A stretch of DNA of 64,000 nucleotides, from assembly GCA_018384735.1 (NCBI GenBank), contig JAHAXB010000022.1, positions 68,087-132,086 of the forward strand, written 5' to 3'. The notes under the pieces are model-generated. The model ran no database searches. It was not told the origin of the DNA and was given only the letters and a program-made list of their open reading frames with translations. The position numbers and the translations under genes were made by a program. Numbering within the stretch: position 1 is the first letter of the stretch; every line of letters starts with the position of its first letter. Shown piece after piece: positions 54,898-63,196 of the stretch. The stretch is from Eubacteriales bacterium. GTDB lineage: Bacteria; Bacillota; Clostridia; Christensenellales; UBA1242.

Positions 54898-56463
54898 ATG
54901 AAAACTATGATCATTGTGGATAAGAAAAACACTGCAAAAACTGAAAAAAAAACGACCACAGCGGCAAACACTGCGAAAAACACTGTTAAAACTACCACTA
55001 AAACGACTGGTAAAACTGCCGCAGCGTCTGACAAAAAATTTGTCACAGATATTACTGCCCTGTTGAAAAATTTTCCACAATGGTATACTGATATTGTTTT
55101 AAAGACTGAATTGTGCGATTATGGTCCGGTTAAAGGTACCATGGTTATTCGTCCGTACGGTTTCGCGTTGTGGGAAAACATCCGCAATGCTTTGGACGTA
55201 CAATTAAAAGAGCGCGAATACCAAAATTCGTATTTCCCCATGTTAATTCCGTCATCGTTCATTGAAAAAGAAAAAGAACACGTCGCCGGTTTCGCACCAG
55301 AGTTAGCTACCGTAACCCATGTCGGCGCGGAAGCTTTACCAGAAAAATTATACATCCGCCCTACTTCGGAAACAATTATTGGCAACATGTTGTCCAAGTG
55401 GTTACAAAGCTATAAAGAATTACCGATGAAATTAAACCAATGGTGTAACGTCGTCCGCTGGGAAAAAACGACCCGTCCATTCCTACGCACCAGCGAATTT
55501 TTGTGGCACGAAGCACACGCAGTATTTGCGGACGCGAAAACCGCCAAGAAAAATGCTTTGGATGATTTGTACATGTATGAAAATTTTATGCGTAATTATT
55601 TGGCTCTGCCAGTTTTAATCGGACAAAAGAGTGAAAAAGAAAAATTTGCCGGTGCTGAAACTACTTACGGTGTCGAAGCCATGATGAAAGACGGTAAAAG
55701 TTTGCAGGTCGGTACCAGTCATTACCTGGGACAAAATTTCAGCAAATCTTTCAATATTAAATTTACCGACGCCCAGAAAACCGCGCGCCATGCTTATACC
55801 ACCAGCGTGGGAACCTCTACCCGCTTAATTGGCGCGTTAGTGATGACTCATGGCGATGACCGCGGTTTGGTTTTGCCGCCACGCGTGGCACCAATTCAAG
55901 TGATCATTGTTCCAGTTGCACAACACAAACCCGGTGTCTTAAACGTGGCTGAAAACATTAAACGCACTTTAAGCAACTTGCATTACCGTGTCGCCATCGA
56001 TGACAGCGATAATACTCCGGGTTGGAAATTTAACCAATGGGAAATGAAAGGCGTACCAGTCCGCATTGAAGTTGGACCGCGTGATATCGAAAACAACGAA
56101 TGTCAAATTTCACGTCGCGACACATTGATAAAAACTACGGTTAAATTAAACCGCATTGAACGTTATGTCGCAGATTTACTGGAAAACATTCAACAAACCA
56201 TGTTAGAAAATGCGACACAAAATCGCGATAAACACATTAAGCGCGCCAAAACTTTCGGCGAATTGAAAAAAGCAATTAACGCCGGCAACTTTGTTTTGGC
56301 ACCGTGGTGTAACTGCACCGAATGCGAAGAAGCAATCAAAACCGAAACTAACGGCGTTTCCACTCGTGTTATACCTTTTGATACCGCCTTAGAAAAGAAC
56401 AGCGTATGTGTCCATTGTGGCAAACCGGCCAAAGTTGAAATTTTATTTGCTAAGGCATATTAA
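54898..56463 (+). CDS. proS: Proline--tRNA ligase (archaeal/eukaryote-like type) with K/T-rich N-terminal extension
   Basis: FPQWYTDIV, class II motifs, C-terminal zinc-binding CNCTEC...CVHCG. First ATG is 54898. The ORF-track start 54754 lies in AT-rich noncoding sequence. Confidence 0.9.
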   Translation: MKTMIIVDKKNTAKTEKKTTTAANTAKNTVKTTTKTTGKTAAASDKKFVTDITALLKNFPQWYTDIVLKTELCDYGPVKGTMVIRPYGFALWENIRNALDVQLKEREYQNSYFPMLIPSSFIEKEKEHVAGFAPELATVTHVGAEALPEKLYIRPTSETIIGNMLSKWLQSYKELPMKLNQWCNVVRWEKTTRPFLRTSEFLWHEAHAVFADAKTAKKNALDDLYMYENFMRNYLALPVLIGQKSEKEKFAGAETTYGVEAMMKDGKSLQVGTSHYLGQNFSKSFNIKFTDAQKTARHAYTTSVGTSTRLIGALVMTHGDDRGLVLPPRVAPIQVIIVPVAQHKPGVLNVAENIKRTLSNLHYRVAIDDSDNTPGWKFNQWEMKGVPVRIEVGPRDIENNECQISRRDTLIKTTVKLNRIERYVADLLENIQQTMLENATQNRDKHIKRAKTFGELKKAINAGNFVLAPWCNCTECEEAIKTETNGVSTRVIPFDTALEKNSVCVHCGKPAKVEILFAKAY

Positions 56464-56473
56464 GGAGAAAATC

Positions 56474-57697
56474 ATGCAAAGATATGATGAATTATTATTT
56501 AATCGTTTTAACGAAGATTGGAGTAAATTAACTCCGGCACAACTGTTATCTTTATTAAGCGTTAAAACACAAATTACCCTGCCCGCCAAAATCGAGCCGG
56601 ATATGCTGAAAGATAAATTGAACATTAAATTGGGAATTGATCCGACGGGCGCCGACATTCATATTGGTCATTTGTGTCCAATTTTTGTGTTGAATATCTT
56701 TTTGAAATGTGGTCACCACGTAGATTTTATCATCGGCGATTTTACCGCAAAAATTGGCGACCCCAGCGGCCGTAACACTGAACGTGCCATGATTACTGAC
56801 GAACAAATCGCCAAGAACTTTGCAACCTATGTGCAACAAATCGCACCATATATTGATACAAAAAAACTTAACATTCATAAAAACAGTCAATGGTTGTCAA
56901 AAATGTCGTTGGCTGAATTCTTGGGTGTTTTGCAACGCATTAAATTGTCGGTCGCCACACAACGTGAGGATTTCCGCAAACGAATTGAAAACGTATCTTT
57001 GGCCGAAGTCAACTATGCTGTCCTGATGGGCATGGATTCAGTCAATTTACACACCAATATTGAACTTGGTGGCTTAGACCAAATTTTAAATTTCTCACAA
57101 TGCCGCATGGTACAAGAAATTTATCATCAAAAACCCGAAATGGCATTTGGTACGCCAATTTTGGAAGGTTTAAGTGGTGATGGTCGCAAAATGAGCAAAA
57201 GTTACAACAACTATATTGCGGTAACTGCTCCGGCCGACGATAAGTTTGGCAAGTTTATGTCTTTGCCAGACAATCTGTTGTTAAAATATTACCAAGCATT
57301 TGGCTACTTGTACGCGGAAGAAATCCCTGCTTTGAAAAAATTCATCGCGGAAAATCCTTTGGAAGCAAAAAAGCAATTAGCAACCTACTTTGTTTCGCTT
57401 GATGGTAACGACCTGAACATTGGACGCACCGAACGTGAAAATTTTGAACGTAAATTCTCCAAGCGTGAATTAACTGATAATGATTTCATCACAGTTAAGG
57501 TTGCGCCAAACACTCCGCTTTTGAACGCTATTGCAGCAACCGGAAAATTTGCTTCTAACGCGGAAATTAAGCGTTTGATTTTAGCGGGCGCGGTTTCTAA
57601 TATTGATACCAAAGAAAAATTGAGTTTGGACTATAAAGTGACAAAAACAGTCAAAATTAAAGTTGGTAAATTGAATATATTCAAAATGGAGGTGTAA
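56474..57697 (+). CDS. tyrS: Tyrosine--tRNA ligase
   Basis: HIGH (DIHIGHL), KMSKS (RKMSKS), C-terminal S4-like domain. AAGGAG SD before ATG 56474. Confidence 0.93.
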   Translation: MQRYDELLFNRFNEDWSKLTPAQLLSLLSVKTQITLPAKIEPDMLKDKLNIKLGIDPTGADIHIGHLCPIFVLNIFLKCGHHVDFIIGDFTAKIGDPSGRNTERAMITDEQIAKNFATYVQQIAPYIDTKKLNIHKNSQWLSKMSLAEFLGVLQRIKLSVATQREDFRKRIENVSLAEVNYAVLMGMDSVNLHTNIELGGLDQILNFSQCRMVQEIYHQKPEMAFGTPILEGLSGDGRKMSKSYNNYIAVTAPADDKFGKFMSLPDNLLLKYYQAFGYLYAEEIPALKKFIAENPLEAKKQLATYFVSLDGNDLNIGRTERENFERKFSKRELTDNDFITVKVAPNTPLLNAIAATGKFASNAEIKRLILAGAVSNIDTKEKLSLDYKVTKTVKIKVGKLNIFKMEV

Positions 57698-57700
57698 AAT

Positions 57701-58816
57701 ATGAAAGACGAACGCATCGTCAAATTAGCCAGCAACTTGTTAAATTACAGTTGCAAATTAAAAAAAGGACAATCCATTATTATTGAAGCCAGCACGGACG
57801 CCAAAGACTTGGTCAAAGAATTGGTACGCCAAACCTACCAAATTGGTGGTTATCCATTCGTACGTTTAAGCGATGGCGAAATCAGCCGTGAAGTTATGCT
57901 CGGCATGACCGAAACGCAAGCCAAAAAAGCCTGTGAATATACCTTACCCTTGTTTGAAGGCGCATCTGCATATATCGGTATCAGTTCTCCGATGAACAAA
58001 TTTGAAAGTAGCGATGTGCCCGACGAAAAGAAAAAAATTTACAGCAAATTCTACGGTAAGCCAGTTCACATGGACACCCGCGTTTGCAAAACTAACTGGG
58101 TGATTTTGAACTATCCGAATCCGGCTTTGGCGCAACTTGCTCAAATGCCCAGCGAAAAATTCGAAGATTTCTTCTTCGATGTTTGTACTTTGGACTACTC
58201 CAAAATGGATAAAGCAATGCAAAACCTGAAAAAATTGATGGAAAAAACCGACAAAGTACGTTTGGTTGCCAAAGATACTGACATTACTTTCTCCATTAAA
58301 GGTCAACCGGCGGTGATTTGCTCAGGTGCTTGCAATATTCCGGACGGCGAAGTTTACACTTCCCCGTTAAAAAACTCTATCAACGGTAAAATTCACTTTA
58401 ACATTCCGTCTTTACACAAAGGTATCATTCATGATGATATTACGTTAGAGTTCAAAGACGGTAAAGTTGTGAAAGAATCATCTTCGCATACGGCTGAATT
58501 AACCGCCGAATTAAATGTTGACGAAGGTGCCCGCTATGTTGGCGAATTTTCTTTCGGTGTCAACCCGTATGTCACTAAACCAATGTATGACACTTTATTC
58601 GATGAAAAAATTTCCGGTTCCATTCATATGGCCCTGGGTAACGCTTACGACGATGCGCCAAATGGCAACCACAGTCAAAACCACTGGGATATTGTCTTGT
58701 CCATGCGCCCTGAATATAACGGCGGTCAAATCTATTTTGATGATGTTTTAATTCGCGACAACGGTTTATTCGTCTTGCCGGAATTAAAATGTTTGAACCC
58801 GGAAAATTTAAAATAA
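57701..58816 (+). CDS. M29-family aminopeptidase (AmpS/PepS-like)
   Basis: 371 aa. N-terminal MKDERIVKLASNLLNYSCKLKKGQ pattern and overall length typical of the family. GGAGGTG SD. Confidence 0.8.
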   Translation: MKDERIVKLASNLLNYSCKLKKGQSIIIEASTDAKDLVKELVRQTYQIGGYPFVRLSDGEISREVMLGMTETQAKKACEYTLPLFEGASAYIGISSPMNKFESSDVPDEKKKIYSKFYGKPVHMDTRVCKTNWVILNYPNPALAQLAQMPSEKFEDFFFDVCTLDYSKMDKAMQNLKKLMEKTDKVRLVAKDTDITFSIKGQPAVICSGACNIPDGEVYTSPLKNSINGKIHFNIPSLHKGIIHDDITLEFKDGKVVKESSSHTAELTAELNVDEGARYVGEFSFGVNPYVTKPMYDTLFDEKISGSIHMALGNAYDDAPNGNHSQNHWDIVLSMRPEYNGGQIYFDDVLIRDNGLFVLPELKCLNPENLK

Positions 58817-59446
58817 TTAAATCCGTTCGCTGAATTTGACCCAATCAACTACATTCCAAAACGCGTCAAGATATGCTTGGCGTTCGTTTAGGTGTTGCAA
58901 ATAGTATGCGTGCTCCCAAACATCCAAACATAAAATCGGCGTTCCGTCCTGCGGAACATTTTGGTTGGCCGTAGTGGTAATTTTCAATTCGCCTTTTGCA
59001 TTTTTAATTAACCAAGCATACCCCGAGCCAAAAATGCTGAGTGCGGCGCTGGCAAATTGTTCCTTGAAGGTTTTCCAACCACCAAAAGCCGCAGTAATTT
59101 TTTGTGTCGCTTGTGGCGTAATACCAATAACAATTTGTCCGGTGGCAGGTCGCAATTCTGTAAAGAAGAAAAAGTGGTTGTAAACTCCCCCTGCTTGACG
59201 GCGCAATTCAAGATCATGATTAGTTTCCGCATAATTCAATAATTCGGACAAAGTTAAACCTTGTAATTCTAAACGGTTTTCCAAGATTTGATTCAGGTTT
59301 TTAATGTAATTAGCTAATAAGCGGTCATAGTGCGCGCGCATAGTTTTGGCATCGATATACGGTTCCAACGCGTGTAAATTGTAACTCAAATTGATGTTAT
59401 AAAATGGGTATGTCATTTGTTCCCAGTTTTGTGTTGCATTTTCCAT
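58817..59446 (-). CDS. sodA: Fe/Mn superoxide dismutase
   Basis: HYDRLLANY..., DVWEHAYYL metal-ligand motif. Confidence 0.95.
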   Translation of the reverse strand: MENATQNWEQMTYPFYNINLSYNLHALEPYIDAKTMRAHYDRLLANYIKNLNQILENRLELQGLTLSELLNYAETNHDLELRRQAGGVYNHFFFFTELRPATGQIVIGITPQATQKITAAFGGWKTFKEQFASAALSIFGSGYAWLIKNAKGELKITTTANQNVPQDGTPILCLDVWEHAYYLQHLNERQAYLDAFWNVVDWVKFSERI

Positions 59447-59481
59447 ATCCTATCATTATGACAAACTCGACCAAAAGTTGA

Positions 59482-59985
59482 CTAAATTCGACCACGGTAA
59501 TATTTCATGGTCTTTTTAATCTTATTGACATAGGCATTGGTTTCTTTAAATGGACACGAAGTTAAACTAGTTGTGCCTTGTTCGTTAAGCCACCGTGCGA
59601 CATTGCCTTCCCCAGCATTATAAGCAAACAAGGCGGTGTCCACATCGTTAAAACGGTTAATTAAATAAGCCAAATATTTGACACCCAAGTTAATGTTTGT
59701 TGCTGGGTCGTATAAATCAATGTTAGTTTCCTTGGTTAAACTATCCGCAGTCGAAGGCAATAATTGCATTAAACCAATCGCCTGCTTGTTTGATACCTTA
59801 GTGTGGTCAAAACTGCTTTCCGCGTTAATGAGTGCGGCCACCAAAACTGGGTTAACCTGATAAGTTTGACTGGCTGCTAAAATTTCCTCACGATAGCGTA
59901 ACGGAAAACAAACATTAAAAAGCAGAAACCAAATGCCGACCAAAATAACTAGCGCGACCGCTGCCACGACCACAAATCTTCTCAC
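59482..59985 (-). CDS. Membrane-anchored lytic transglycosylase (SLT domain)
   Basis: NAESSFDH (catalytic Glu-Ser), GLMQLLP, AYNAGEGN. GTG start. Confidence 0.85.
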   Translation of the reverse strand: MRRFVVVAAVALVILVGIWFLLFNVCFPLRYREEILAASQTYQVNPVLVAALINAESSFDHTKVSNKQAIGLMQLLPSTADSLTKETNIDLYDPATNINLGVKYLAYLINRFNDVDTALFAYNAGEGNVARWLNEQGTTSLTSCPFKETNAYVNKIKKTMKYYRGRI

Positions 59986-60001
59986 TATTATATATTATTG
60001 G

Positions 60002-61528
60002 TTATAAGCGGTTAAACATGCGTTGACCAATCGTATAAGTTAAAGTAATCACAATTGCATCCGCCAATGCTAAAGCACTAGCAATAATTGCAAATAGGGC
60101 CATCGCCGGCAAACTGTCAGCCAATGAAATTACTAAAGCCATCATACCGGCAACAATTACCACTCCCCCCAACATCATCAAATAAGAACTCATACTGTGT
60201 TTAATTACTGCGGCTTCGCTTTCAAATTCTAATTTTGGGAAATACAAGTTGACCATTACGCCGATGTATGAAACCAATACATGAGCCAATGTCGGGATAA
60301 TCAACAAAGCCACCAGGCATAATGGCGACAAATGCAAAATCGTTCCCAACAAAACGCCACAGACTAACGAAATTGGTGTTAATAGAATCACGTTAAATAA
60401 TACTTTCGTGCTTAACACTGTTGCAGCTGAAATGGGCATACTACGTAAAATCCATAATTGTTTTCCTTCCAGCGAAATTGAGAAAGCAGCTGGATAAGTT
60501 AATACACCAGCTGCAGCATAAATAATGGCAATAATCAAATAAGCAACATCTTTTGATATAACAAAAGTACCGCACAGTAAACCAACCATAGTTGCACCTT
60601 GGTCAACAACCAACCAAATGGTCAAAGCAACCAAAGCCAATGGGCCTAAAATCGTATTCAGCATCATGGTCGGTGAGTTAAAATAGCGGTTACTTTCATT
60701 TTTCAAAATGGCTCGGAAAGGCGTAATTGATCTATGACTAATTTGTGTTGCTTTCGCATGCGTTGAGCGAGCTTCACGGTTTAATAATAATGCATTCAAC
60801 CAATTTCCCAAAATAAACATGGCCAAAACTATCACAATCAACGGGACCATTACCAATGGATTAAACTTTACCATCCAAATAATCAAACCCGCGATAAATG
60901 GCGTATTCATATTCAACATGAAAAATTCATAAATGGCTAGAACCCCAATTAAAACTAATAAAGTAAATAACGCCTTTGTAATATTACCCAATTTTGAATT
61001 CGAGAAACAAACTGTAACTAAATAATCAACGATGTAAGATAAACCTACGCCTAACAAAGGAATTAACAGCATGGTTGTGGTGCAACCGAAAAATGCCGGA
61101 AGGCTAAATTGCGTGGTTCCCAAATATGCAATGATACACGGTAAAAAGAACAGTACCACAACCAACGAGTTTACTGCAAAACGTGATAAGGCTTTGGCAA
61201 CCATAATCTCAATTTTCCTAAACGGCATACTCAACAGTAATTCGTTATCGTTAGCTTTCTGTCCACCTGTAACCTTTTGTAAGGCAAAAATTACCGAAAG
61301 GAAAAGTGAAATAACCAAACCGTACATCAGAACACAGGCTTGCATATTCATTTCGGCGTAAACATCTGCAATCATAAACATGCACCATGTATAGAAAGCA
61401 AACCACCCCAATGACAAAACGGTCAAAATCGAAACACCAACAACAGCTTTGGTACGGGTGTTTTTACGGCGTAAGTTACCGATGCTACAAAGTAGATAAT
61501 TTTTTAACAGCAACCAAATGTTACGCAT
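60002..61528 (-). CDS. Multi-pass ABC exporter permease (about 12 TM)
   Basis: 508-aa polytopic membrane protein. Start overlaps the stop of the ABC ATPase gene upstream. Confidence 0.75.
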   Translation of the reverse strand: MRNIWLLLKNYLLCSIGNLRRKNTRTKAVVGVSILTVLSLGWFAFYTWCMFMIADVYAEMNMQACVLMYGLVISLFLSVIFALQKVTGGQKANDNELLLSMPFRKIEIMVAKALSRFAVNSLVVVLFFLPCIIAYLGTTQFSLPAFFGCTTTMLLIPLLGVGLSYIVDYLVTVCFSNSKLGNITKALFTLLVLIGVLAIYEFFMLNMNTPFIAGLIIWMVKFNPLVMVPLIVIVLAMFILGNWLNALLLNREARSTHAKATQISHRSITPFRAILKNESNRYFNSPTMMLNTILGPLALVALTIWLVVDQGATMVGLLCGTFVISKDVAYLIIAIIYAAAGVLTYPAAFSISLEGKQLWILRSMPISAATVLSTKVLFNVILLTPISLVCGVLLGTILHLSPLCLVALLIIPTLAHVLVSYIGVMVNLYFPKLEFESEAAVIKHSMSSYLMMLGGVVIVAGMMALVISLADSLPAMALFAIIASALALADAIVITLTYTIGQRMFNRL

Positions 61529-62222
61529 TCAAGAATACCTCTTCCAAACTCTTGTCGGCTTTAATTTCCTTCATCGTACCTTGCTTGATTACAGTACCAT
61601 TCTTAATCATAATTACTTTGTTACATAACTTTTCGGCAACTTCCAATACATGGGTTGAATAAAAAATCGCGCCGCCATTTTTGACAAATTCTTGCATCAA
61701 TTTTTTCAAAGTAAATGACGCTTGAGGATCCAAACCGACGAATGGTTCATCCAAAACTAATAATTTCGGATTACGCATGAACGCCGCAATTAAAACTAAC
61801 TTTTGACGCATACCATGTGAATATGATTTAATTGGTAGTCCCAAACTTTCGGTCATACCCCATTCATCCGCATAGCGCGCAATCGCTTGATCACGGTCTG
61901 CAATGGAAACACGATAAACCGAAGCGACAAAGCTTAAATACTCGTTACCGGTTAAGTTGGTATAAACATCTGGATTGTCAGGAATGTAAGCAATCACACG
62001 CTTACACGCCAATGGGTCATTTTTAATCGAATGGTTATCAATTAAGATTTCCCCGGCTTCAAAATCCAAGGTTCCCACTATGCAACGAATGGTTGTAGTT
62101 TTACCGGAACCATTTGGTCCAATAAAAGCGCAGATGTCCCCTGCTTCGACCGACAAATTTAGATTTTGCACGCCAACTTTCCCGTCAGCGTAGGTTTTGG
62201 TTAAATTACTAATTTTTAACAT
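61521..62222 (-). CDS. ABC transporter ATP-binding protein (catalytic motifs intact)
   Basis: GPNGSGKTT, YSHGMRQKL, LLVLDEPFVGLD, STHVL. Confidence 0.92.
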   Translation of the reverse strand: MLKISNLTKTYADGKVGVQNLNLSVEAGDICAFIGPNGSGKTTTIRCIVGTLDFEAGEILIDNHSIKNDPLACKRVIAYIPDNPDVYTNLTGNEYLSFVASVYRVSIADRDQAIARYADEWGMTESLGLPIKSYSHGMRQKLVLIAAFMRNPKLLVLDEPFVGLDPQASFTLKKLMQEFVKNGGAIFYSTHVLEVAEKLCNKVIMIKNGTVIKQGTMKEIKADKSLEEVFLNA

Positions 62223-62257
62223 TAAGATATTATAAAACGAAATGATAGATTACACAA

Positions 62258-63178
62258 TTAAATTAATTTATCGCCAATATTTTGGTCAATTTGAATTTGG
62301 AATTGTGCTTTGGCTTCCAAATATTGCGTAATAGCATCAATCACATCGTGAATGGTGCCTAAACTATCAGCCCCCACTAAATTGATGATTTCTTGGTTAA
62401 TTACATTAAAATGTTTCTTGTAAAATTCCAAATTAAGCTCCCTAATTTTGAATTTCTTTTCCATGTGGCGAATTAAGGTTTCAATGGCTTTGGTTTTTTG
62501 ATTGGTCGCACGCGCGGTTGGAAACATCTTGGAATCATATAACACACTTGGATTGCGTGTTAATTCGTATTTGCGCAAGTTATTCAGGTAATTATCCAAA
62601 CGCACTTCATCAAGGAATTCAAAATTACGCAACACAGGGTCATAAGGTTGTTGATAATCTGTGGAAAAGCATTCGCTACGTACCATACTATCATTAATTC
62701 CCAAAATCTTACTTTTGGAACGTGCTTGCTGTAATTTAGTTTTCAAGACGGGTTTAAAATTGTTTTGTTCGTGATTTGGTAATTTCCAACCATCAAGGTT
62801 CATAATCAAATGTTGCAAACTATACAAGTATAACGAAGTTTTCTTGGCCGTCATATATGGGGAATTTTGTTCATGATAACTCTTTACTTCGTTGATAGTA
62901 GTTTGAAATCCAGCTTCAACACTTTGTAAGGTGTGGTCATTTTTAGCACTAATCAGCGTGACAAAGGCGCGTTCAAAAGACCTTAAAATAATGCGCTCAC
63001 TCATCAACGATTCAATTCCCAAAGCAACCGTCGGATTATCGCCGGCAACTTTGTTAATAATTTTACGCAAAGCAACGTTTGAAGCTTTATTTTCTTCCAA
63101 GAAGTCCTGAATGTCAATATTCTCAAATTTCATTCCAGCTTTATCTTTACTTTCATTCATTTTCATATTATAGCACAA
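62258..63178 (-). CDS. Hypothetical soluble helical protein (~300 aa)
   Basis: Long clean ORF between two ABC systems. No motif recognised. The likely start is ATG 63160 (TGcTATAAT box at 63167-63175). Confidence 0.6.
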   Translation of the reverse strand: MCYNMKMNESKDKAGMKFENIDIQDFLEENKASNVALRKIINKVAGDNPTVALGIESLMSERIILRSFERAFVTLISAKNDHTLQSVEAGFQTTINEVKSYHEQNSPYMTAKKTSLYLYSLQHLIMNLDGWKLPNHEQNNFKPVLKTKLQQARSKSKILGINDSMVRSECFSTDYQQPYDPVLRNFEFLDEVRLDNYLNNLRKYELTRNPSVLYDSKMFPTARATNQKTKAIETLIRHMEKKFKIRELNLEFYKKHFNVINQEIINLVGADSLGTIHDVIDAITQYLEAKAQFQIQIDQNIGDKLI

Positions 63179-63196
63179 AAAAACTAAAATTGTAGA

